Virus record (IMG/VR): IMGVR_UViG_3300031993_000016
From: a virus
Lineage: Duplodnaviria > Caudoviricetes
Length of the DNA stretch: 64,000 nucleotides
Strand: one strand, 5' to 3'
Shown: one piece after another, positions 49,264 through 57,924 of the stretch
Layout: every line of letters starts with the position of its first letter
How positions within the stretch are numbered: the first letter of the stretch is position 1
The notes under the pieces: model-generated
The model's input: only the letters and a program-made list of their open reading frames with translations
Told to the model about the DNA's origin: nothing
Database searches by the model: none
Made by a program: the position numbers and the translations under genes

Positions 49264-49577
49264 GGATATATTGTTCTTTTGTAACAAGTTATCATATTTA
49301 TGTCGGAGTTGCATTCGCAAGTGCTGTCATTCATTGGAAAGAATGTTATCTGTTCTTCGGGTACCTGTAACTCCATAATAACTAGTCGTTTATCATTCTT
49401 TTCTTTGATGAAATTTCGAGCGTGTTGCTCTTGTAAAAAGAATGTTTTACGACCTGTAATCTCTCGTATGATATGTTCACGAATGTATGTAGTAACATCA
49501 TCTCTGTTACATACTAAGTAGCATGTTACAAATCTACCAGATGCTACAGATTTCTTCTTTTTGAATATATTAAACAT
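49260..49577 (-). CDS. Hypothetical protein whose stop codon is supplied by the IscB element
   Basis: 105 aa, AAGGTGA RBS. Confidence 0.6.
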   Translation of the reverse strand: MFNIFKKKKSVASGRFVTCYLVCNRDDVTTYIREHIIREITGRKTFFLQEQHARNFIKEKNDKRLVIMELQVPEEQITFFPMNDSTCECNSDINMITCYKRTIYP

Positions 49578-49608
49578 ATGATCACCTTCACAATATATTT
49601 GTATGTAT

Positions 49609-49682
49609 CAGCCCTAGTTGGATTTGAACCAACGAATGCAGGAGTCAAAGTCCTGTGCCTTTAACCGCTTGGCGATAGGGCT
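49609..49682 (-). tRNA. tRNA-Gln(TTG)
   Basis: AGCCCTA/TAGGGCT acceptor, CAGGA-CTTTGAC-TCCTG, T-loop TTCAAAT; no encoded CCA. Confidence 0.9.
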
Positions 49683-49818
49683 ATTTTTGATATGGTGACT
49701 CAAAGCTATGCCTCCGCTACGTTTTATCTCCATATCTATTCGTCAAGTGTGTTGACCTTGACGACCTTACGGTGGTTTTTTACATATCGCATAACAACAC
49801 TTGCGGTATGAAGCTCTT

Positions 49819-49900
49819 TGCAGGTAGAGGGACTCGAACCCTCAAGCAAAATTGCGTGCGAGCTTAAATCGCATGTGTATTCCAATTCCACCATACCTGC
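49819..49900 (-). tRNA. tRNA-Leu(TAA)
   Basis: GCAGGTA/TACCTGC, TGCGA-TTTAAGC-TCGCA, long variable arm, GAGGG-TTCGAGT-CCCTC. Confidence 0.9.
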
Positions 49901-49911
49901 TTAAGTTTAAG

Positions 49912-50017
49912 GGCTGATGGTAGGATTCGAACCTACGATGTTCCACTATCAACAAGTTGATCAGTCTTGTATCACTTAGCTTCTCTAAGGCAGCTCGTCC
50001 ACTACTGCTACATCAGC
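49912..50017 (-). ncRNA. tRNA-like RNA with non-canonical anticodon region
   Basis: GCTGATG/CATCAGC acceptor, D-like arm, GTAGG-TTCGAAT-CCTAC T arm, two internal hairpins. Confidence 0.7.
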
Positions 50018-50021
50018 TTCG

Positions 50022-50102
50022 TACATCTGGAGGGACTCGAACCCTCAAGCTAACTGCGGCAGATTTTGAATCTGCTGTGTTTACCAGTTTCACCACAGAT
50101 GC
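50022..50102 (-). tRNA. tRNA-Leu(CAA)
   Basis: GCATCTG/CAGATGT, GCAGA-TTCAAAA-TCTGC, variable arm, T arm. Confidence 0.9.
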
Positions 50103-50107
50103 GTGTT

Positions 50108-50237
50108 GACGGCTGTTTCTAAATAAGATCTAGGTTCAATTTAACCAGGAAAGGCAAGGAACTATGAAATCCTATAAAGCTGATTCAATCTACGTCCTGT
50201 ATCTTATCTAGACATTTAACTATTAACTAGCACCGCC
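50108..50237 (-). ncRNA. Unrecognised structured ncRNA, copy B
   Basis: GGCGG/CCGTC closing stem, 12-bp TCTAGATAAGAT/ATCTTATTTAGA stem, promoter motif just upstream, no ORF. Confidence 0.55.
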
Positions 50238-50273
50238 TTGCTTGTTTCATATAACGATTTTAGCATTTTTTAG

Positions 50274-50590
50274 AAGAGGCTGTTACCTTATTTGGAATGA
50301 CGAACCCATCAACTAAAGTTAATGGGATTTCGTGAGAAGTTTGTCAAAAGACCTTATTCTCACAGGCATCGCCAAGATGCCTTTATACAGTTACCAAAAT
50401 CGGTTTCTGCTTACATTTTCCTTATTTAGCAGGCATTTGTTCCCCAAATCATTACGCTCTGTTCTCGTCCTGTTGCCTCAAAATTTAATGTATAGAATCA
50501 AATCAATTGTGGTATTGCATCTGCTCTACGTTTTATGGGGTTTTACTCTGGACATTGGTCATTTAACTAACAAAGCAGTTAGCACCTCTT
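50274..50590 (-). ncRNA. Unrecognised structured ncRNA, copy A, containing an IS200/IS605 end
   Basis: AAGAGG/CCTCTT closing stem; GGTGCTA..TAGTTAAATG..AACAGCC shared with copy B; promoter motif upstream, A-tract downstream. Confidence 0.55.
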
Positions 50591-50736
50591 AGTTACGTCA
50601 CAAACTATAACGAAATTACTATTTCAAAGCTTCGGAACATTTAGCTGTATACTCTCGAATGTATTCAAGAGCTTCACTGTAATTGCTAGATGTCAGATCA
50701 TTTACAGTAATTCTACGAACTTCTCATTAAATTGAT

Positions 50737-51114
50737 TTAGATCTTTGATGTATTTTTTATAATACACCGCTTGTCTTTGTTATATTTTCGATGAATCTTT
50801 CTATCCCTTCCGTCAGGTTTAGGTAAGTATCTTTCTAACAAAGTATCAAAATCTTGATTAGCTTCTTCTTCAATGAGCTTGTCTATATCTACATTACGAC
50901 GTGTGAGTTCTATTGCTTTAACTTTACCAGGAATTGCAAGTACTTCGCACGTGTCACCAATACTAACATATTTAGATACATCTTGAACAAATTCATCTGC
51001 GATGTTTGAGATATGAAGCAGATATGTAGATTCATCACTGAACTTAAGCACTGCCCCATATGGTTTGATTTCAATTACTTCCCCTAAATACCTTTCCCCA
51101 ATAGTAAAATGCAT
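50737..51114 (-). CDS. S1 RNA-binding domain protein
   Basis: G.V.EIKPYGA......LLHISNIADEFV.DV..YV.IGD. Confidence 0.8.
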   Translation of the reverse strand: MHFTIGERYLGEVIEIKPYGAVLKFSDESTYLLHISNIADEFVQDVSKYVSIGDTCEVLAIPGKVKAIELTRRNVDIDKLIEEEANQDFDTLLERYLPKPDGRDRKIHRKYNKDKRCIIKNTSKI

Positions 51115-51123
51115 ATGATTCTC

Positions 51124-51336
51124 CTACAAATGTAATATTCGAGCTAGCTTGTATTCGTCACCGAACCATCCGTTATCATGTAAATCATGCTTAAATTTTT
51201 CATAATCGTGATAATTTGTATGACGTCCTAGTAGCTTCGTGTTTTTATAGAAGGTTCTTGCATCTTCTAAAATGTCTTCAGAACTCCTTCGTGTAGTATT
51301 TTGTAACATCAATTGCTGTGACACTGCTGGTTCCAT
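51124..51336 (-). CDS. Hypothetical protein
   Basis: 70 aa, GGAGG RBS. Confidence 0.55.
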   Translation of the reverse strand: MEPAVSQQLMLQNTTRRSSEDILEDARTFYKNTKLLGRHTNYHDYEKFKHDLHDNGWFGDEYKLARILHL

Positions 51337-51337
51337 G

Positions 51338-53248
51338 TTATTTAGTTACCTCCACTGTTATGTTATTTATCTTTACAGGCTTAACACCTGCAAATATCAT
51401 CTGGATATTATCAATTTTTGATAAAGATTCAAACAGCTTATCAAGATTAACATCATCTAAATGGTCTAATAAGTCATCTACCATGACTAATTTAAGTGGA
51501 GATGGTGATACTTCCGTAAGACTTAACATGAGAGCTAAAGTATACATGCACTTTTCACCGCTAGAAAGTAAATTAAATGGTATATACTTACCATCTCGTG
51601 TAACACCAAAACTGAAACTATTGGCCTTAGCCTCTAGATTGAATTTAGATACGATATCCGATCCAAATACTGCTTGTAAATACTTATCCATTTGTGCTTG
51701 CAGATCTATGAAAGGTTTAATTGCAGTATCATCATTCTGTAAGCCATTTACACCTATTAAATTGATCCAGGATTTATATAATAGGATGCGTTCTTCTATC
51801 TGATATTTATCTGCTGTGAGTTTATCTATGAGCTCGTTGTATCGCTTATTAGCTTCATACTTAACTTGAATTTCACGAAGTTCTGCAAGTCGGTCTGTAT
51901 AGTCTGCTTCTGCTACCTCTGGTACAACAACGATATCTGCATTCAGTCTAGCTTTTGTTGTGTACCTATACTGAATAGTTGATATAGTAGATGTATAATC
52001 AGCTTTAGCATCGCCAAGATCTTTGATTTTAGCATTAAGTCTGTGAATTTCTGCATCAGTTTCTTCCATCTGAGCTTTAGCATCAAAATAATTTTTTCTA
52101 ACACCATCTAATTGCTGTTCCAATGCAGTAATTTCTGTAGTATACTGCTTAATCAAAGGTTGTACAGACTCACATTTGAGTTTTGTAAATGGGCAGAAAC
52201 CGCCATTATCTACTATTTCTTTTTTGGTCTTAATGATAGCAGATATCTCCCCATCATCCTTACTTAATTTAGATAGCTCCGTACGAATTTCATTCATAGC
52301 TGATTGTAATTCAATGATATCTTGCTGATACTTGCATATTGTATCCGACGCTTCATTATAGTGTTTAGTAGCTTCTATGTATCTAGAATCTACTTCGTAA
52401 CTATCAGCGTTACAATCGTCATAGTCCCTTAACTGCATGTATATACGGTCATTCTTCTGTTTAGCTCTAGCGTAATCTGTGGCAGCTAACTGAGCAGCTT
52501 CACATGACTTGATTTCAGCTAAAACAGTATCGATTGAAAGTGACGTATCTATATCATCATGATAAATAAGTGACTGAATTGTAGATTGTGCTCGCTCTAA
52601 TTCTTGTTTGCTGTATGATAAACAATCTTTAAGATATGTGTTAACGTCTCGTATAAGATCTGAACCAGTAGATTTAAGATTATTTTGAATGTAGGTTACA
52701 ACTTCGTTTACAAGCTTATCTACATTAGACATATTTGTAACACCTACTTTAGACGCATCATCTGCAAGCACCTGTTTCCAATCAATGAGCATATCTGCAG
52801 ATGGCAAGAAATTAATGAACCAATCTTTCATCTTATTAGCTGTAAGGTCCATAAAATCATTAAAATTAAATATTGGCAATTCTAATGATGCAATTATTTC
52901 TGGCAGATTCTTTGCATAGATTTTAGGTTCAATGTCTACATCATACGAAATACTTGAGGCTACACTTGATGCTACACCTGACCAGACCCTGCTTATCGTA
53001 ACTGGGGTACCATTATCATCTAAATGAAGTGTAACCGCTAATGCATGTCCATTTGAGTGCTCAAATATTGCACTTTTAGAAGCTTTGCTTGTACCAGGTA
53101 TGTACCCAAGTAATGCAAGCTGTATAGCTTCCATAACAGTCGATTTGCCTGCACCGTTAGATCCATGCAAATAAGTTAAATTATTGAAGGTATAAGTTTT
53201 CAATACAACGTTGTGCATACCTTCAATCACTACCTTAGTTATACGCAT
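51338..53248 (-). CDS. SMC/Rad50/SbcC-like ATPase
   Basis: Walker A GSNGAGKS, coiled coils around CPFTKLKC hook, LSSGE signature, VMVDD-LLDHLD. Confidence 0.9.
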   Translation of the reverse strand: MRITKVVIEGMHNVVLKTYTFNNLTYLHGSNGAGKSTVMEAIQLALLGYIPGTSKASKSAIFEHSNGHALAVTLHLDDNGTPVTISRVWSGVASSVASSISYDVDIEPKIYAKNLPEIIASLELPIFNFNDFMDLTANKMKDWFINFLPSADMLIDWKQVLADDASKVGVTNMSNVDKLVNEVVTYIQNNLKSTGSDLIRDVNTYLKDCLSYSKQELERAQSTIQSLIYHDDIDTSLSIDTVLAEIKSCEAAQLAATDYARAKQKNDRIYMQLRDYDDCNADSYEVDSRYIEATKHYNEASDTICKYQQDIIELQSAMNEIRTELSKLSKDDGEISAIIKTKKEIVDNGGFCPFTKLKCESVQPLIKQYTTEITALEQQLDGVRKNYFDAKAQMEETDAEIHRLNAKIKDLGDAKADYTSTISTIQYRYTTKARLNADIVVVPEVAEADYTDRLAELREIQVKYEANKRYNELIDKLTADKYQIEERILLYKSWINLIGVNGLQNDDTAIKPFIDLQAQMDKYLQAVFGSDIVSKFNLEAKANSFSFGVTRDGKYIPFNLLSSGEKCMYTLALMLSLTEVSPSPLKLVMVDDLLDHLDDVNLDKLFESLSKIDNIQMIFAGVKPVKINNITVEVTK

Positions 53249-53251
53249 TAT

Positions 53252-53500
53252 TTATTCTCCTTCCGCACTATTTGAATCATCAGATGCAGCCTGCAATGGC
53301 TGATCATCTAAAAATAACGATTGAAAATGTTCTTTAGTCATAACTAATAAATATGGATTGTATGAATCAGTTTCAATGCACTGAACAGCTACACCTGTAG
53401 GCAGCTTGTTGCAATTGAATATAGCAATCTTTGGTGTAATTCTATCGCCAATTTGAACATTGAAATTAATTGTTTGAATATGTGAGAAATCTGTAACCAT
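53252..53500 (-). CDS. Hypothetical protein
   Basis: 82 aa, GGAGG RBS, promoter motif upstream. Confidence 0.6.
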   Translation of the reverse strand: MVTDFSHIQTINFNVQIGDRITPKIAIFNCNKLPTGVAVQCIETDSYNPYLLVMTKEHFQSLFLDDQPLQAASDDSNSAEGE

Positions 53501-53534
53501 GTTTATATGTACCTCCTCAGTATCTGTAACGAAT

Positions 53535-53933
53535 TTAGATTAATCGTATCCATTTTCTACGCTTCTCATCTACGGATAGCTTATATTGATACACACCAGG
53601 TGTTAGTGTATCTGGTTTGAATACAGCATGGCCATATTCGTTCAGACCATTGAATACAGAGTTATGAAATCGGGTGATAAGTATATAATCCAGCACACCG
53701 ACTAAATCTGTTTTCTTTCTATGATGTATATCTGGATATATTTCATAATTAGGCAATATGAATACTCTGTCCGCAGATTTCATATCTAGTACATTAGAGT
53801 GATGAGCTTCTGCCTCAGATCTAGGCGCACGTCCTATGTATATAATATACTGTACTTTCTTACAATCTGTTCGACCTGACAAGCGTTCTGCAACTGCTTG
53901 AAGAAATTCTTCTGTGTGATCCTTTGCTTTCAT
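53535..53933 (-). CDS. Hypothetical protein
   Basis: Start MKAKD after GGAGG. Confidence 0.6.
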   Translation of the reverse strand: MKAKDHTEEFLQAVAERLSGRTDCKKVQYIIYIGRAPRSEAEAHHSNVLDMKSADRVFILPNYEIYPDIHHRKKTDLVGVLDYILITRFHNSVFNGLNEYGHAVFKPDTLTPGVYQYKLSVDEKRRKWIRLI

Positions 53934-53943
53934 ATCGCACCTC

Positions 53944-55563
53944 CTATCCAGCAAAGTATATGAATAGATTAGTTTTTGCCCTTGTTACGGCTACATAAAA
54001 CAGATTTTGATTATCTTCTATATTTAATGGCCAGCTTCGGCTTTTAGGCCCTATAACATATACGTTATCATATTCTAGACCCTTTACCGAATGCACTGTG
54101 CCTACATATAGTCTGCAAGCGTCAGATGAGTATGATTCTAATTCATCGGCTAATTTATCTAATACATCGGATAATTTCTTAGCGTCTGAAACATCTATTT
54201 TCAAACTATTATCATACCCTAGTATTCTTAAGATATCACGTTGTTTGGCTGCAATTGATGTAGAAGCTCGACAAACCTTTCGCAAACGATATAGCTTATC
54301 TACATTTAATTTTATTTCTGAATTTGTACCAAATTCTTCTATGAATTCAGATAAACTATATGCAGCATTCTGCTGTTTACGGACCGCACTTCTACGGATA
54401 AACTCTGAATACAACTCAGCAGATAAGTATGTAGCTAACCATTCGGCTGCATAAGTGTCATCAAATACCGATTTGAGCAGGTTGTGTGCATTCGATGTAG
54501 TTCGTTTTGACATGAATGGTGTGTTTGTCTCACGTAATCGAGCTTGTATAGAAGCAACTTCTGCATTAGTACGAACTAACACAGCTGTTACACCTGTTAA
54601 TGTTGTTGAGTTATGACTTACAATCAGATCTACTAAAGATTCGGGGACAGTACCTCGATATTCAGGATAATAATGTTCTACAGTAACGGAAGCACCAGTG
54701 TCTTTAGTAGACTCAATCGCGATTCGATAACTTTCCTTGGCATAAGATTTGCTATATTTATTAGCGTAATCACATATAGATTTAGTTGATCTATAATTTT
54801 CATATAGTTTAATAGTTTCCCAATCTGCATCTTCAGCAAGTGCTTTGATCATTTCTGAAGATGTGCCGCGAAACGCATATAGATTCTGTAATGCATCACC
54901 AACAACAAATATATGTGAATCTTTAAAAGACAGCACAAACTCATGTTGACACTTATCGCTATCTTGATACTCGTCTGCAAATACATACACGAATTGTTTC
55001 TTATACTGTGCGATAAGCGGATCATCTGCAACAAACAAATTACACACCTCACTACATAATTTATCAAATGTAATGAGGTTTCGCTGTTTCATCAATCTAT
55101 CTGCAGCTTTAAGTATAAGCATAAGGTCATAAGCTTCTTGTTGCGTCAAAGTACTTTTTTCAAATATTTTCTTATCAGATAACTTGATCCCTGTTTGCAT
55201 CTTTGCTTCAGTGATTATGCGTTTTTCAGCAGCAGGTTCCGCAATAGACGGAATTGAGCTATAACCTAGCTTCATCCGGATTGTAGGATCTATTGTAAGT
55301 ATGTGATAACAGAAACTGTGAAATGTTCGGAATTCTGGAATCTTATCAGAACCTTTATGATCTTTGAGATATCGATCTTTCATTTCAAATGCAGCTGCAT
55401 TAGTAAAAGTTAAAGCTAATATATGTTCTGGTTTAACACCTTCAGACACTAATCTAGATATTCGTGCTAATAAAGTTGTGCTCTTACCTGTACCGGCACC
55501 TGCTAAGCATACAATACGCTTATTATTGGAATCTACAGCTTTCTGCTGTGCTTCATTTAACAT
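53944..55563 (-). CDS. UvrD/PcrA-family SF1 DNA helicase
   Basis: AGAGTGKS, TFTNAAA, TFHSF, DEYQD, VGD..Q..Y.FRG, ENYRS, TVHSVKGLE, YVAVTRAK. Confidence 0.95.
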   Translation of the reverse strand: MLNEAQQKAVDSNNKRIVCLAGAGTGKSTTLLARISRLVSEGVKPEHILALTFTNAAAFEMKDRYLKDHKGSDKIPEFRTFHSFCYHILTIDPTIRMKLGYSSIPSIAEPAAEKRIITEAKMQTGIKLSDKKIFEKSTLTQQEAYDLMLILKAADRLMKQRNLITFDKLCSEVCNLFVADDPLIAQYKKQFVYVFADEYQDSDKCQHEFVLSFKDSHIFVVGDALQNLYAFRGTSSEMIKALAEDADWETIKLYENYRSTKSICDYANKYSKSYAKESYRIAIESTKDTGASVTVEHYYPEYRGTVPESLVDLIVSHNSTTLTGVTAVLVRTNAEVASIQARLRETNTPFMSKRTTSNAHNLLKSVFDDTYAAEWLATYLSAELYSEFIRRSAVRKQQNAAYSLSEFIEEFGTNSEIKLNVDKLYRLRKVCRASTSIAAKQRDILRILGYDNSLKIDVSDAKKLSDVLDKLADELESYSSDACRLYVGTVHSVKGLEYDNVYVIGPKSRSWPLNIEDNQNLFYVAVTRAKTNLFIYFAG

Positions 55564-55569
55564 TTACGC

Positions 55570-55947
55570 CTACCCTTCTATATCATATCTAGAATACTGG
55601 TCATAAGTATCCTGAACATCTATGTAACAATCTATATAACTACCGGCCATTTTCTTTATCTTATAGCATCTACGAAACAGATACTTCCCTGAATGCGTAT
55701 GACGAATGATAGGTTTAAATGCTTTATAGATCATTGCACCAAAGCATACAAATAAAGGTACGAGCCGTCTATAGTATATTCTTGGATCATATAAATAGAC
55801 GATAAGCATAAATGATATGATTCCGATTGTAGCGAGCAATGACAACCAACCGGTAGGCATTAGTTCACCTAATATCATAAGTATAAATGATATGAACAAT
55901 ATGACTATTAGTAGTTTGAATAAGATTTTTCTTAAAGTTTCTATCAT
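55570..55947 (-). CDS. Membrane protein (2-3 TM)
   Basis: Hydrophobic N-terminal helices. Confidence 0.65.
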   Translation of the reverse strand: MIETLRKILFKLLIVILFISFILMILGELMPTGWLSLLATIGIISFMLIVYLYDPRIYYRRLVPLFVCFGAMIYKAFKPIIRHTHSGKYLFRRCYKIKKMAGSYIDCYIDVQDTYDQYSRYDIEG

Positions 55948-55965
55948 ATCTATGCCCTCCTCAAC

Positions 55966-56001
55966 AAAATAGTTAGTGAGGTTTTATCGCCTCACTAACT
56001 A
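55966..56001 (-). terminator. Intrinsic terminator abutting a class-1 promoter motif
   Basis: TAGTTAGTGAGG/CCTCACTAACTA 12-bp stem then TTTT on minus strand. Confidence 0.7.
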
Positions 56002-56038
56002 TAACGATTTTCTCTTAAATTGGGTGCTGAAATGTCAA

Positions 56039-57280
56039 TTAAGCTTCTGCATAAGAGAATCCGGATATTGCAGAGTCCCGATAATCCAATTTAGCATTTG
56101 CACGATCCGGATTGTATTCAATATCATAATCCTCTGGACCTTTACCCCAAATATCATGTTCTTCAAGTAAGCCAGTTATATTGTATTTTAATGATACTTT
56201 ACCGTATACTTTATAATTACCTGGATCTCGTGGCATCAGCGGTTCAAGTAAATCTGCAGTATCATCTACGATTGACATACTATCTACAATAGTAACACCA
56301 GGATATTCGTGGGATTCAGCATCAACTTCATCACCCCAATCTGGATATCTACCATCCTCCCGGAATTGAATAGAACCATCCTCTGTTACAATTACAAGTA
56401 TCCCGTCTAGATCGAACTCTATCCAATCCGTAAATTTAGGGATTTGTATTGCTTCATCAAAATCTTGATAAGGATCGTTCACACTAGTTATGGTTGTAGT
56501 AGCATATAAACTTGAATCATAATGTTCAAGAAATTCTTCTTTAAGTTTATCTACTACCTGCTCGGTGTATTTGGAAATATCCGTAGGTTTTTGAATACGT
56601 CGCATATCAATTATAACACTACAATCTAAATCAAGATCATGATTGCTTATCTGTATGTAGAATTGTTTTGGTGTGTCAAAATATGCATCTATTAACTCCC
56701 ATTTCGGGCCGTTATAATCTACATAAGGGCTAGTTAGTAATGTATTGAAATTAGTTAAAATATCGTCACACCATTCTAGCATCTCGTCTTTTGTAAAGAA
56801 CTCGTCATCATATTCACTCAACCAATCATTTGCTTGAATCGCTGTAGAATCCATTATATCATCGCTATATGATGGAAGTTGCTTCTTCAAGAAATCAAGT
56901 TCGTTATCTGATGCTTTATCATAATCAGGTATACCCATATCATCTGCAATAGAATCGATATACATTTGATTGCTGTGCCCTATACTATTGTACCAGCTAT
57001 AGAACTCATCTATATTGATATTACCAAATAATGCTCTACCAAGTTCTCTACTAAGCTTATGCGCATTAGATTCATGTTCGGTAATAGGTTGATATCCTAA
57101 TGCTTGTTCGTATGTAATAGAAAATGGTGGATAGTTTTGTTCACGATCTTGTGCAACCCATACACCTTTATCATCTACAATCTTTCTATATATGTCATAT
57201 TCGTTATCTGGGCTGGTCATCAGTGTGTATTCATCTAAATCAATAGCAGATGCTGTGATTTTAGATCGATGTATTTTCAT
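56039..57280 (-). CDS. Acidic multidomain protein, tag variant (MKIHRSKITASA)
   Basis: Very D/E-rich; internal IQAN, LYAT, ITSV. Confidence 0.7.
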   Translation of the reverse strand: MKIHRSKITASAIDLDEYTLMTSPDNEYDIYRKIVDDKGVWVAQDREQNYPPFSITYEQALGYQPITEHESNAHKLSRELGRALFGNINIDEFYSWYNSIGHSNQMYIDSIADDMGIPDYDKASDNELDFLKKQLPSYSDDIMDSTAIQANDWLSEYDDEFFTKDEMLEWCDDILTNFNTLLTSPYVDYNGPKWELIDAYFDTPKQFYIQISNHDLDLDCSVIIDMRRIQKPTDISKYTEQVVDKLKEEFLEHYDSSLYATTTITSVNDPYQDFDEAIQIPKFTDWIEFDLDGILVIVTEDGSIQFREDGRYPDWGDEVDAESHEYPGVTIVDSMSIVDDTADLLEPLMPRDPGNYKVYGKVSLKYNITGLLEEHDIWGKGPEDYDIEYNPDRANAKLDYRDSAISGFSYAEA

Positions 57281-57296
57281 CTATACATGTCCTCCT

Positions 57297-57662
57297 TTAA
57301 TTGTAACTCATTTGAGGTTTTACATCTTTATTAGCTTCTATCAGAGCTAAATATGCGATGTCAAGACACTCGTTGTAATATTCGATTACATCTTCATAGA
57401 TTTCATCATCAAAATCAGGTACAGGTAATGAAGATATTCTGCGGCCATCTTTATAGATGTTGAATGATGTTGGTGAAACTTTCTTAGCCCATGCATAGTC
57501 AGCTTCATCATACGGATGTACTTCCAAGATTTCAAACATAAATTGAGATGGATCTTCATAGATTGTAGTGCTAACACGAAACTTTGTACCAGATCTAGTA
57601 ATAGTAAAGCTTTGAGTATCTGGTGCAGAATCTCTATCAAATTTACTGTACCGTTTCATCAT
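57297..57662 (-). CDS. Hypothetical protein (MMKRYS start)
   Basis: 121 aa, GGAGG RBS. Confidence 0.6.
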   Translation of the reverse strand: MMKRYSKFDRDSAPDTQSFTITRSGTKFRVSTTIYEDPSQFMFEILEVHPYDEADYAWAKKVSPTSFNIYKDGRRISSLPVPDFDDEIYEDVIEYYNECLDIAYLALIEANKDVKPQMSYN

Positions 57663-57924
57663 AATTCCTCCTGAGATATTTGTGACATAGTTTCAACAAT
57701 TTGTTTATCTACTTCTGCAAAGATGCGGTCTGCAGCATCAAACGCTTCAGCATCTATTAACTCTTTTAATTTATAATAGCAGTTATAGCAACAGAAATGA
57801 CGCGTCCGCTTCTTATATACAAGTTTGTAAATGTTCCCAGGGCGTCTATAGTGTGATTTACCACAAGCGTCACAAATATATTTGTTAGTTTCCACTAACG
57901 ATTTACTCAACCGGATGTACCACC
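57659..57924 (-). CDS. Small Zn-finger protein (start uncertain)
   Basis: CDAC...FCCYNC. Confidence 0.5.

Noticed and set aside
50274-50590. tmRNA, RNase P RNA or cobalamin riboswitch
   Set aside because: No tRNA-Ala-like ends or tag frame, no GAGGAAAGTCC RNase P motif, and no AGGGAA or B12-box despite a superficial GGTGC..TTAAA similarity.
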